Source of the DNA: a virus
Taxonomy: Duplodnaviria; Caudoviricetes
DNA: 40,284 nt
IMG/VR virus record: IMGVR_UViG_3300027518_000018
Span: 1-40,284 of that record
Reading direction: 5' to 3' (one strand)
Shown one piece after another: positions 8,857 through 16,466 of this stretch (its first letter is position 1; each line of letters starts with the position of its first letter). Below the pieces are notes generated by a model, which made no database searches, was not told where the DNA came from, and saw only the letters and a program-made list of their open reading frames with translations. The position numbers and the translations under genes are program-made.

Positions 8857-9234
8857 ATGTGGTGGAATATCATACCTACAGTAGTTAAAACTGGTGCTGA
8901 GATTTATAAAAATCATAAGCAATCAGAACTATTAGAATCAGAAGCTGAACGTAGATACTATGAACGTATGGCTAAAGGTGAGATTGAATATCAAAGAGAT
9001 GTTTATGATCAACAAGACAAATCATGGAAAGATGAATTTGTTTTAATTATAGTATGCGTTCCAATCATTGTATTATCTTATGCCATCATTAGTGATGATG
9101 TTAATATCAAATCTAAATTAGATTTATTCTTTGATTACTTTGGAAGATTCCCTAGTTGGTATCAATGGTTAATCGTTGGTATCTTCGGTGCGATTTATGG
9201 ATTAAAGCCGACAATAGATATGTTTAAAAAATGA
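8857..9234 (+). CDS. Holin-like membrane protein
   Basis: Directly after lysozyme; SWKDEF followed by two hydrophobic helices. Confidence 0.65.
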   Translation: MWWNIIPTVVKTGAEIYKNHKQSELLESEAERRYYERMAKGEIEYQRDVYDQQDKSWKDEFVLIIVCVPIIVLSYAIISDDVNIKSKLDLFFDYFGRFPSWYQWLIVGIFGAIYGLKPTIDMFKK

Positions 9235-9362
9235 GTGATGATATAGTTACAATGTTTGCTCAGGCATATTCTAAAAAGAAACCTACCTTGCTTGCACAAC
9301 AAGGATCTAATGTTAAGATTAAACTAAAAAAGAAGAATGGCAAAAAAGCACTTAGAAAATAA
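9231..9362 (+). CDS. 43-aa basic peptide
   Basis: ATGA overlap with holin stop; MSDDIVTMFAQAYSKKKPTLLAQQGSNVKIKLKKKNGKKALRK. Confidence 0.55.
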   Translation: MSDDIVTMFAQAYSKKKPTLLAQQGSNVKIKLKKKNGKKALRK

Positions 9363-9462
9363 ACACATTCGTAAGCCACCAAAGAAACGAAGAGGCAGAC
9401 ACACTAAGCGTGTAAATAAACACAAGACTTATAAACCATACGTTGGTCAGGGTAGGGTATGA
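9337..9462 (+). CDS. 41-aa very basic peptide
   Basis: MAKKHLENKHIRKPPKKRRGRHTKRVNKHKTYKPYVGQGRV. Confidence 0.6.
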   Translation: MAKKHLENKHIRKPPKKRRGRHTKRVNKHKTYKPYVGQGRV

Positions 9463-9575
9463 TACAATTATTATTAATCAAGTTAAGCAACTGGTTAGTT
9501 GGTGAGCCTGTTAAAAAGAAAAGACGTATAGTAAAATTTAAAAAGGTTATAAAAAAATCAAAGAAGTTTATATGA
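9459..9575 (+). CDS. 38-aa peptide, hydrophobic N-terminus and basic tail
   Basis: ATGA-coupled on both sides; MIQLLLIKLSNWLVGEPVKKKRRIVKFKKVIKKSKKFI. Confidence 0.45.
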   Translation: MIQLLLIKLSNWLVGEPVKKKRRIVKFKKVIKKSKKFI

Positions 9576-9697
9576 TTAAAGTTAAAATTAGCAAATGTAT
9601 TTTTTGGTTATCAAGAGGATTCTGTTCTTTACTCAAACAATGTAAGTGTGGTAACATTAACGAGGATCACTTTAATCCTTTTAAGGAGAAATTATAA
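9572..9697 (+). CDS. 41-aa Cys-containing peptide
   Basis: ATGA/TAATG coupled; four Cys; carries the AAGGAG RBS for 9697. Confidence 0.45.
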   Translation: MIKVKISKCIFWLSRGFCSLLKQCKCGNINEDHFNPFKEKL

Positions 9698-9969
9698 TGG
9701 TTAAAAAAATGTATCAAAATCCAAGCGGTGGATTGAACGCTGCTGGTCGTGCTTACTATAAACGTACAGAAGGTTCTAATCTTAAGTCGCCTGTCAAATC
9801 TGGCGTGAACCCAAGACGAGTTTCTTTTGCTGCACGCTTTGGTGGGATGAAAGGATCTCTATTATCTAAGTCAGGCAAACCAACAAGATTAAAGCTAGCA
9901 CTCAAAGCCTGGGGATTTAGTTCTAAAGAGGCTGCTAGAAACTTTGCTGCAAGACATAAGAAAAAATAA
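9697..9969 (+). CDS. Conserved basic phage protein (DUF6321-like)
   Basis: NPSGGLNAAGRAYY...NLKSPV...RRVSFAAR...RLKLALKAWG pattern. Confidence 0.7.
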   Translation: MVKKMYQNPSGGLNAAGRAYYKRTEGSNLKSPVKSGVNPRRVSFAARFGGMKGSLLSKSGKPTRLKLALKAWGFSSKEAARNFAARHKKK

Positions 9970-9971
9970 CA

Positions 9972-10247
9972 ATGGCTAAACGAAAGGTAATACTTAAATC
10001 ATGTGGCTTCTGTCATATGTGTGGCAAAGAGCATATGTCAAATGAGGGAGGATGGGTGATCAATGCAGAACGATTCAATTTTTGTCACAGTTTAGAGCAT
10101 AGTTGCTATGAGATTTACTTTAATAATGTAAGAGCAAAAGAGAAACAATCATCTGTCATTAATAATAATAATGACAAACGTATGGAAATGTATATAGAAT
10201 ATCTAAAGAAACAAAAGTGTAAACATAAATACCAAGGAGAAATGTAA
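9972..10247 (+). CDS. Hypothetical, putative Zn-binding protein
   Basis: CGFCHMC ... FCH..EHSC. Confidence 0.6.
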   Translation: MAKRKVILKSCGFCHMCGKEHMSNEGGWVINAERFNFCHSLEHSCYEIYFNNVRAKEKQSSVINNNNDKRMEMYIEYLKKQKCKHKYQGEM

Positions 10248-10396
10248 TGCCACTTAATGTTAAAGGTAAAAAGATTTTAGCAGCGATGCAAAAAGAATAT
10301 GGTAAAGAAAAAGGTAAAGCTGTGTTCTACGCATCAGAGAATAAAGGAACTATTAAAGGTGTTAAGAAAAAAGGCAAATCATTAATGGCGAGGTAA
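10247..10396 (+). CDS. 49-aa basic peptide
   Basis: AAGGAG RBS; MPLNVKGKKILAAMQKEYGKEKGKAVFYASENKGTIKGVKKKGKSLMAR. Confidence 0.7.
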   Translation: MPLNVKGKKILAAMQKEYGKEKGKAVFYASENKGTIKGVKKKGKSLMAR

Positions 10397-10397
10397 T

Positions 10398-10574
10398 ATG
10401 GAAGACGAAAGAAAAGAATCTAAATATCACGAAACAAAAGAAGGTAAGATGGTTCGCAAAGGTTTATACTATAATATAAATCAAAGAAAAAAAGCTGGTA
10501 CATCTAGAAGTAAATCTAAATCTACAATTTCAAAAAAGGCTTACAAAAGTTTATTAGCTGGTTTCAAGGATTAA
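10398..10574 (+). CDS. 58-aa basic peptide
   Basis: GAGG RBS; ...KGLYYNINQRKKAGTSRSKSKSTISKKAYKSLLAGFKD. Confidence 0.7.
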   Translation: MEDERKESKYHETKEGKMVRKGLYYNINQRKKAGTSRSKSKSTISKKAYKSLLAGFKD

Positions 10575-10586
10575 ACTTCGTTAGGA

Positions 10587-11093
10587 TTAGTTCTTAACAT
10601 TATCCATCACATACTCATATCGTTTCCAAATGATATGACCAGGTTTCCAGAAATGTTCTTTATTTATTTTCATCTTAACATGATGGATCATTGTAGTGTG
10701 GTCCCTATTACCTAGGATAACTCCAATCTTAGTGAATGGCATATCATACTTATCTCTTAAAACATTTATAAGTATTGATCTTGCAATTACTGCCTGCTGT
10801 ATTCTAGTCTTAGCAATAATATCATTTACATTAACACCAAGTTGATTGGCTACAATTGTTAAGATCTCTCTAACATTCTCAGGTACAACTACATCATTAA
10901 TAGTTACATACTTAACCACTTCTTTAATAACAGTATTCTTATATCTGAAATTGTTTCTAAAAAATTCTCTAGCTAGTTTGTATCCTGTTTTAAATCCTGT
11001 GCGATAAATCTTTTTCTCTCTGTCATCTAGATTTGAAAAGCTATTAAATAAATATCTTAACTTAATTTCTTTATACATTTCTTTTGGTGTCAT
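10587..11093 (-). CDS. DnaA C-terminal (domain IV) HTH-containing protein
   Basis: R..QAVIARSILINVLR...PFTKIGVILGNRDHTTMIH matches the DnaA domain IV signature (G.RDHTTV.H); no AAA+ domain. Confidence 0.82.
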   Translation of the reverse strand: MTPKEMYKEIKLRYLFNSFSNLDDREKKIYRTGFKTGYKLAREFFRNNFRYKNTVIKEVVKYVTINDVVVPENVREILTIVANQLGVNVNDIIAKTRIQQAVIARSILINVLRDKYDMPFTKIGVILGNRDHTTMIHHVKMKINKEHFWKPGHIIWKRYEYVMDNVKN

Positions 11094-11259
11094 AATTATC
11101 CTCTTTCTGTCTTATGTTAGTTGATTTAACTTTTACTTCTCCTATCTTAACCTTAATAAACAATCCTATTTTACTAGGATCAAGTGCATGTTCTGCTGTG
11201 TCAAACTCTTCTACATAAGTAAAAGTGCATTCACCTTTTTTAAGTCTTACAACTTTCAT
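11071..11259 (-). CDS. Hypothetical protein
   Basis: Coupled within the leftward operon. Confidence 0.6.
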   Translation of the reverse strand: MKVVRLKKGECTFTYVEEFDTAEHALDPSKIGLFIKVKIGEVKVKSTNIRQKEDNYDTKRNV

Positions 11260-11549
11260 TACTTTTTCTTTTGTCTAAGTTGTTTAGTCATCTTGCAATA
11301 GATAGATAAATCATCATAGCTGTCTGCTTTATATTTCTTAGTGCAACGATAGAGTTTAAGTGCCATCATTAAATGACCAACATCTTCTGGTTCTAATGCC
11401 ACTTTAATTTTATTAAATAGAACGATAGAGAATAGTTCAGCAAGTAATGCAAAGTTCTCTTCGTAATCTCCATATTCTCTATGGCGATCATCTATAATTT
11501 TCTTTTGTATTTTTTCTTCAAGACTAATGAAGTCTTCTTTATTAATCAT
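11259..11549 (-). CDS. DUF6378-like protein (all-alpha nucleotide pyrophosphatase-like)
   Basis: DR..EYGD..ENF..LA.LFS...DVG.LM..LKL.R...DSYDDL..Y pattern; AAGGAG RBS. Confidence 0.7.
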   Translation of the reverse strand: MINKEDFISLEEKIQKKIIDDRHREYGDYEENFALLAELFSIVLFNKIKVALEPEDVGHLMMALKLYRCTKKYKADSYDDLSIYCKMTKQLRQKKK

Positions 11550-11569
11550 ATATCTCCTTTGTTGTTTTA

Positions 11570-11632
11570 CTCTACCCCTAGGGACAACGAAAGGGAAGGC
11601 ATGACTGCCTGATGAAAACCCTAGGGATAGAA
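11570..11632 (-). ncRNA. Structured RNA element (candidate antisense sRNA or cis-regulatory pseudoknot)
   Basis: 14-bp stem with U-G pairs only on the minus strand, enclosing loops UUUUCAUC and UCCCUUUCGUUGU and an inner AGGCA-GUCA-UGCCU hairpin. Confidence 0.6.
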
Positions 11633-11654
11633 TTAATAGTTACTTACGTAGCTA

Positions 11655-11996
11655 TTAGTATTGTCTATTACCGAAAGACTTATTGCTTGTAAATGGTTTC
11701 TTTTGAAATCCACCAGCTTTAAATCCAGGTTGTTTATTTGCTCCTGCTGTTGCTTGTGCTTCTTTCTTAGTTAAGATCACAGTGTATCCACCTGTTGGAT
11801 TACCTTCTATGTCTGTACCATCAAACGCACAGTAGTCATACCAATCACCATTGATATTCACATTCATCTTCCAATTCTTTCCTTCTGGAGCTTTTGGAGA
11901 ATTAGGTGCTACCATTACTGGTTGATTGTCGCCTGCTTTTTTATTTACGTTTGGAATAAGATTCAAATAGATCTTATTCTTTGGTTGGTCGTTCAT
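11655..11996 (-). CDS. Putative single-stranded DNA-binding (OB-like) protein
   Basis: Downstream of SSAP; beta-rich core with flexible G/K/F tail; mostly positional inference. Confidence 0.45.
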   Translation of the reverse strand: MNDQPKNKIYLNLIPNVNKKAGDNQPVMVAPNSPKAPEGKNWKMNVNINGDWYDYCAFDGTDIEGNPTGGYTVILTKKEAQATAGANKQPGFKAGGFQKKPFTSNKSFGNRQY

Positions 11997-11998
11997 TA

Positions 11999-12604
11999 TT
12001 ATACCTCATTTTGAGTTGTGATCTCATCACGCTTACTATTAAATTTATTTAAAATAGAATTGTAAGTTGCGAGATCTTTTATTTTTATCTGATCAAGTAG
12101 TTCCCTGTTGGCACGCCAAAGGAAATCTAGTTTCGCTGTGTGCGGTGCGTAGTGAACTTTCTTTACCAGTTCATTAATTATACTATCATCATAATTTATA
12201 TTGTTTGATGTAGTATCTTTTCCATTCATTGGCTGTACTGGAATATCTAATTCCTCATACTCTTCCTTTGAAGTTATATCTTCAAGAAGAATACCCATGA
12301 ATGATAAAGCTCGTGTGATTGCAAATGTTTCAGCAATCTCTAAGTAGCCTGGTTTATCACGATATTGCTTTGAGAAACCAGTGGCTATGATATGTTCAGG
12401 ATCTGATTTAGTTATAATACATTTCATTATAACATAACGATCTGAATGTTCTTGTATTACACAATTGATTCCATATTCAGTACCAAACACTTCTCTAAAG
12501 TATTTAATCTTACTCCAAGCTGATACTGTTTTCTTTCCATGTTGATTTAAGTATGAGCCATGAGCTGCACACAAATCATTAACTATTTTTAGTTTGTCTT
12601 TCAT
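11999..12604 (-). CDS. Single-strand annealing protein (Rad52/Sak-like)
   Basis: IIATGFS....YLEIAETFAITRALSFMGI helix pattern; in operon with exonuclease. Confidence 0.6.
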   Translation of the reverse strand: MKDKLKIVNDLCAAHGSYLNQHGKKTVSAWSKIKYFREVFGTEYGINCVIQEHSDRYVIMKCIITKSDPEHIIATGFSKQYRDKPGYLEIAETFAITRALSFMGILLEDITSKEEYEELDIPVQPMNGKDTTSNNINYDDSIINELVKKVHYAPHTAKLDFLWRANRELLDQIKIKDLATYNSILNKFNSKRDEITTQNEV

Positions 12605-12857
12605 TCGTTGTTTCCTTTTTGTTGTTTAAACCCAATCTATTTTTTAATCTATAGACTAAGTCATGTCGTTCATGAATGCAAGAGTAAGCAAATACTTCTT
12701 TACCATTATAGTATAATCTACTCCTGTTATTAACCACTTGATGTTTAGTTAATCTTTTAAAAAACTTATCACAATTATAAGGATCATATCTTACATCATT
12801 CATTTCAAATGTATGAACATAACCATTCATAAGTATAATCGTTAATATAAGTTTCAT
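12579..12857 (-). CDS. Hypothetical protein
   Basis: ORF track; coupled in operon; hydrophobic N-terminus. Confidence 0.55.
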   Translation of the reverse strand: MKLILTIILMNGYVHTFEMNDVRYDPYNCDKFFKRLTKHQVVNNRSRLYYNGKEVFAYSCIHERHDLVYRLKNRLGLNNKKETTNERQTKNS

Positions 12858-13069
12858 CTATTAGCGATTATTGTAAGCAACAATATTGCTATAACAATAA
12901 TCAAAAATATTTTTGTAAACATATTTCTAAATTCCTTATCTTCTTTTTCTTTTAATTTACGCATTATAATATCATGACGAAACTGTTGTTTGATTTTGTC
13001 ATGTTGCTTTTGATAATAATTTATATCCATATTTCTACACATGAGTTTACCATTTATACATTGTCCCAA
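12854..13069 (-). CDS. Small protein with C-terminal TM helix (true start may be the downstream MDINYY)
   Basis: FTKIFLIIVIAILLLTIIA. Confidence 0.55.
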   Translation of the reverse strand: MGQCINGKLMCRNMDINYYQKQHDKIKQQFRHDIIMRKLKEKEDKEFRNMFTKIFLIIVIAILLLTIIANR

Positions 13070-14004
13070 AGACTAGCAGCCTTGCGAACATATTCCTCTT
13101 GAATATCTTTCCACATAAAACCAGAAAAGTCTGGTGGTGCAATTAATTTAGCCATCTCAAAAGGATTACCTTTGCAAATATAAACTAAGTTCTGTCTTAT
13201 CTTTGCTTTAATTAAATCCTGTTGAATTAAAAATTCCATGTACTCAGGAGTTAATAGATCACAAGTGTCAGGCGTAAATACATTGTAGCTATCTTGATTT
13301 ACATACAATAGATGAGGTATCTTTTTAGTAGCATACCAATAGAAAGCACATTGCTTAACGTGGTTTACATCAGGTTGTTTAGGAAGATAACCTTTGATCC
13401 AACTGAAACCAGCTTTCGTATCTGATTTTCTTTTTGATCTGTGTTTAGTTTTTAATTCAATAAATTTATTTTTAGAATCTTCGTAATCTATTCTACCTAT
13501 CTTTGGTAAAACTAATTCTTTAAATTTATATGAGCAATATCTTTCGCTAGCAGACTCATTATCTAATCCAATATCCTGAACAGCTTTCACTGTTATCTTA
13601 ATCATATCAACTAAATAATTTTTAGTATCCTCGTGTTGTATTTTATCTTCTTCGTTGTGTGCCTGGTATTTATCATACTCTTTTAATTCTTCATCTATGA
13701 TCTGGTCCAGAGATATTTTTTCATTTAATATTTTTTTCTCAGCATCATACATATACTTAGAAACAAATCTTTGTGATGCTCTACCAATAGAAACACCAGC
13801 AGTCATACGATAAGAGATGTTCATTAATCTTCTATCTTCTTGAGTGAAGTGGCAGTATCTAACTAACCAATCACTGTCAGACAAATTCTCTTGTGATGGA
13901 GAGCTGTGATCTAAGTTTAATTTTTTATAAAATTGTAATGCAATATCCTCATCAATATTTTTTAAAGATGGAATAGTATTAGTCTTTGTTAAATCAATAA
14001 CCAT
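13054..14004 (-). CDS. PD-(D/E)xK (RecB/Cas4-like) exonuclease
   Basis: HSSPSQ, ER, GRIDY...FIELKT, HVKQCAFY motifs. Confidence 0.8.
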   Translation of the reverse strand: MVIDLTKTNTIPSLKNIDEDIALQFYKKLNLDHSSPSQENLSDSDWLVRYCHFTQEDRRLMNISYRMTAGVSIGRASQRFVSKYMYDAEKKILNEKISLDQIIDEELKEYDKYQAHNEEDKIQHEDTKNYLVDMIKITVKAVQDIGLDNESASERYCSYKFKELVLPKIGRIDYEDSKNKFIELKTKHRSKRKSDTKAGFSWIKGYLPKQPDVNHVKQCAFYWYATKKIPHLLYVNQDSYNVFTPDTCDLLTPEYMEFLIQQDLIKAKIRQNLVYICKGNPFEMAKLIAPPDFSGFMWKDIQEEYVRKAASLWDNV

Positions 14005-14030
14005 TTTAAACCTTTCATTGTTGTAAATAC

Positions 14031-14059
14031 TGTTTACCTTTATTGGTTATACATGTCAA
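14031..14059 (-). promoter_or_regulatory. Leftward sigma70-type early promoter
   Basis: TTGACA-17 bp-TAAACA (weak -10), then ACAAC leader and GAAAGG RBS. Confidence 0.55.
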
Positions 14060-14081
14060 ATAAATAATTTAAAAATATGTA

Positions 14082-14110
14082 TTGACTATAATAACCATAT
14101 AGTTTATGGT
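14082..14110 (+). promoter_or_regulatory. Rightward sigma70-type early promoter with overlapping ATAACC-N5-GTTTAT operator-like site
   Basis: TTGACT-17 bp-TATGGT. Confidence 0.65.
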
Positions 14111-14141
14111 ATTTTTAAACAACAAAAGAAAGGGTTAAAAA

Positions 14142-14459
14142 ATGAAAGATAAGTTAAACAAACAAACAAAGAAACTGTTGCAAAATTATCACAAAACATT
14201 TGATTGTTTTGGTAACAGAAAAAAAGTTAAGAAAGATACATACGAGTGGTATGTAACAACAGTTGAAAATAATAACTTTGAATATGTTATTAGTAAAAAG
14301 AATAATACTTTTTATATTAATAAAAAAATACCAAACAAAAGTTGTTATCCAAAATACTACAATAATAAATATGCTGGTCAATTTATTGAAGTACAATTTG
14401 ACAAAGCAAAGTCATTAAAAAAGGCTAAACAAATAATAACAAATGATAAGGAGATGTAA
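14142..14459 (+). CDS. Hypothetical early protein
   Basis: First ORF after promoter; GAAAGGG RBS. Confidence 0.6.
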   Translation: MKDKLNKQTKKLLQNYHKTFDCFGNRKKVKKDTYEWYVTTVENNNFEYVISKKNNTFYINKKIPNKSCYPKYYNNKYAGQFIEVQFDKAKSLKKAKQIITNDKEM

Positions 14460-14462
14460 TAA

Positions 14463-14690
14463 ATGAAACACAAACTATTAAAATTTCAGGAGGATAATAA
14501 TTTTAGCAATAAAGAAATGGCTAAACTCTTTGGATTAAAAGGTACTAATCCAATGGTAACTTATTTAAGATGGAGGAATTGCCAAAGGTTGCCTCATCCT
14601 AAACTAATGAAAGTTATTACAGAAAAAACTAATAACTTGTGCACACCCAATGATTTTTATGAGGCATGGTATGAAACCCATAAACTTTGA
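14463..14690 (+). CDS. Cro/XRE-like HTH transcriptional regulator
   Basis: FSNKEMAKLFG...TYLRWRNCQRLPHPKLMKVI...T...TPNDFY Cro-like pattern; AAGGAG RBS. Confidence 0.72.
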   Translation: MKHKLLKFQEDNNFSNKEMAKLFGLKGTNPMVTYLRWRNCQRLPHPKLMKVITEKTNNLCTPNDFYEAWYETHKL

Positions 14691-14931
14691 TAAAGTTATT
14701 GTTGAGTGGATGGATATAAATTCTTGTGATGATGCTTGGAATAGTGAAGAGCATTTTAAAGATTTAATGCCAGCATCATGTACAACTATTGGTTATCTAT
14801 ATGAAGATACACCACACTTTGTAAAAACATTTGCAACATTTAGTTTTAATACTGATGACACAATAGACTTTGGAGATTGCGTTGTTATTCCTAAAGGCTG
14901 CGTTGTTTCAATTAAGAAATTGGAGAACTAA
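14671..14931 (+). CDS. Conserved phage hypothetical protein
   Basis: V.VEW.D...W...C.T.GYL...IPKGCVVSI pattern; start placed at ATG 14671 after GAGG. Confidence 0.65.
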   Translation: MKPINFDKVIVEWMDINSCDDAWNSEEHFKDLMPASCTTIGYLYEDTPHFVKTFATFSFNTDDTIDFGDCVVIPKGCVVSIKKLEN

Positions 14932-15743
14932 TGGAACGATCAAAAGTTTTAACTGTAATATCTTTAGGAGTTGGAGTTCAATCATCTACTATGGCATTGA
15001 TGTCAGCTAAAGGTGTGCTGCCAAAAGTTGATTGTGCTATCTTTGCAGACACAGGGTATGAGCCAAAGAAAGTTTATGAATATTTAGAGTGGATCAAAAC
15101 TCAATTACCATTTCCAGTTTATACAGTTATGAAAGGCAACATCAAAGATGATATGCTAAACTCTATATCAAATGGTACTAGATTTTTAGTAGCTCCATTT
15201 TATACTAAAAATAGTATTACTGGTAAAAAGGGTATGGTTATGCGTCAGTGTACTAATGATTATAAGATACAACCAATTAGAAAAAAGATTAGAGAGCTGT
15301 GTAGTATAACTTATAAAAAACATTTTCCTAAAGATAAGTTTGTTGATCAGTGGATAGGTATATCTACTGATGAGATTAGTAGAATGAAACCAGCTAGAGA
15401 TAAATATATTAACAATGTACACCCATTAATTGATTTAAAAATGAGTAGAAAAGATTGTCTTAAATGGATGAGTGATAATGCTTTTCCATTACCTGAGAAA
15501 TCGGCTTGTATATGTTGTCCCTTCCATGATGATAAGTATTGGTACTTCATGAAACATAACAGACCAGAAGAATTTGCTGATGCTGTTGAGTTTGATAAAA
15601 AAATTAGAAGAGGATCAAGAAAACAAGATGATGAATTATTTACACACAGAAAATGTATTCCTTTAGATGAAGTGAACTTTGATATTAAAAAAGATCAACC
15701 TGATATGTTTAATAATGAATGCGAGGGAATGTGCGGAGTTTAG
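14931..15743 (+). CDS. PAPS-reductase/PP-loop (adenine nucleotide alpha-hydrolase) family protein
   Basis: ISLGVGVQSS PP-loop, IFADTGYEP, RQCTNDYKIQPI, WIGISTDE..R, KSACICCPFH, C-terminal CEGMCGV. Confidence 0.8.
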   Translation: MERSKVLTVISLGVGVQSSTMALMSAKGVLPKVDCAIFADTGYEPKKVYEYLEWIKTQLPFPVYTVMKGNIKDDMLNSISNGTRFLVAPFYTKNSITGKKGMVMRQCTNDYKIQPIRKKIRELCSITYKKHFPKDKFVDQWIGISTDEISRMKPARDKYINNVHPLIDLKMSRKDCLKWMSDNAFPLPEKSACICCPFHDDKYWYFMKHNRPEEFADAVEFDKKIRRGSRKQDDELFTHRKCIPLDEVNFDIKKDQPDMFNNECEGMCGV

Positions 15744-15928
15744 TAGAGTCTATGATTGATGTTGGAAGTGGATTTGTATTAGCATTATTAATACAGATAT
15801 TTATTTTTCCAATGTTCAATCTATACCATACTATTTTAGTAGGAATTAAGATCGCTTTAATATTTACAGTTGTATCTATTTTAAGATCTTGGTTTTGGAG
15901 AACAATGTTTAATAAAATGAAAGGATGA
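15719..15928 (+). CDS. Small two-TM membrane protein
   Basis: RSLVES..DV.SGF.LA...Q..IFP...FTVVSILRS..WR..F. Confidence 0.65.
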   Translation: MRGNVRSLVESMIDVGSGFVLALLIQIFIFPMFNLYHTILVGIKIALIFTVVSILRSWFWRTMFNKMKG

Positions 15929-15929
15929 A

Positions 15930-16079
15930 ATGATTGACCAACCATTACACGTTGAAGACGTGATTGATATGTATAACGAAAAAATAATCATACTTAAAAA
16001 AGAAATAGATAGATTAAACGAAGAGATACAGGTTTTGCATATAGAACTTATGCAGGAAAGAGCTAAGAACAATGATTGA
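15930..16079 (+). CDS. 49-aa coiled-coil protein
   Basis: AAGGA RBS; MIDQPLHVEDVIDMYNEKIIILKKEIDRLNEEIQVLHIELMQERAKNND. Confidence 0.55.
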   Translation: MIDQPLHVEDVIDMYNEKIIILKKEIDRLNEEIQVLHIELMQERAKNND

Positions 16080-16230
16080 TTTAAAGAACAGAGGATTTAA
16101 TGATCTTGAAGTTATAATTCATAGATTAAAAAATCATGTAAATATTTTAGAAAGATTAATTCTTGAACAGCATAAAGAAATTAAACAACTAAAATATAAA
16201 TTAAAAGAACAAATTAAATCTAATAACTAA
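16072..16230 (+). CDS. 52-aa coiled-coil protein
   Basis: MIDLKNRGFNDLEVIIHRLKNH...; coupled to neighbours. Confidence 0.55.
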   Translation: MIDLKNRGFNDLEVIIHRLKNHVNILERLILEQHKEIKQLKYKLKEQIKSNN

Positions 16231-16466
16231 TGAAAGAAAATACAATGCAAAATAACTGGCAGGAAGAATGGTTAGATATGCCTGAATTTGTACAAGAAAA
16301 ACAAGAACCTTATGCAAAGATTATAATAAGATTTGATAATGAAAAAGATTTAAATGATTTTTCAAAATTAATTAATCAACCATTAAATAAAAAAACCAAA
16401 AGCATTTGGTTTCCAAAATTAATTAGAGGAATAAATTCAAACAAAAGATATGTAGATGAATCCTAG
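16230..16466 (+). CDS. Small protein associated with TAGT-type glycosyltransferase
   Basis: W.DMPEF.Q...IIIRF....D..DF.KLI.Q....KTKSIWFP; overlaps the GT start. Confidence 0.65.
   Translation: MKENTMQNNWQEEWLDMPEFVQEKQEPYAKIIIRFDNEKDLNDFSKLINQPLNKKTKSIWFPKLIRGINSNKRYVDES

Noticed and set aside
10587-11093. Calling this gene dnaA or host contamination
   Set aside because: Only domain IV is present, and it is coupled within a phage operon
11584-11620. Hammerhead ribozyme (CTGATGA and CGAAA on the plus strand)
   Set aside because: No room for stem III or the UH cleavage site between GAAA and the inner hairpin; wobble pairs favour the minus strand
14091-14107. Host CtrA box
   Set aside because: Does not fit TTAA-N7-TTAA; a phage-specific dyad fits better
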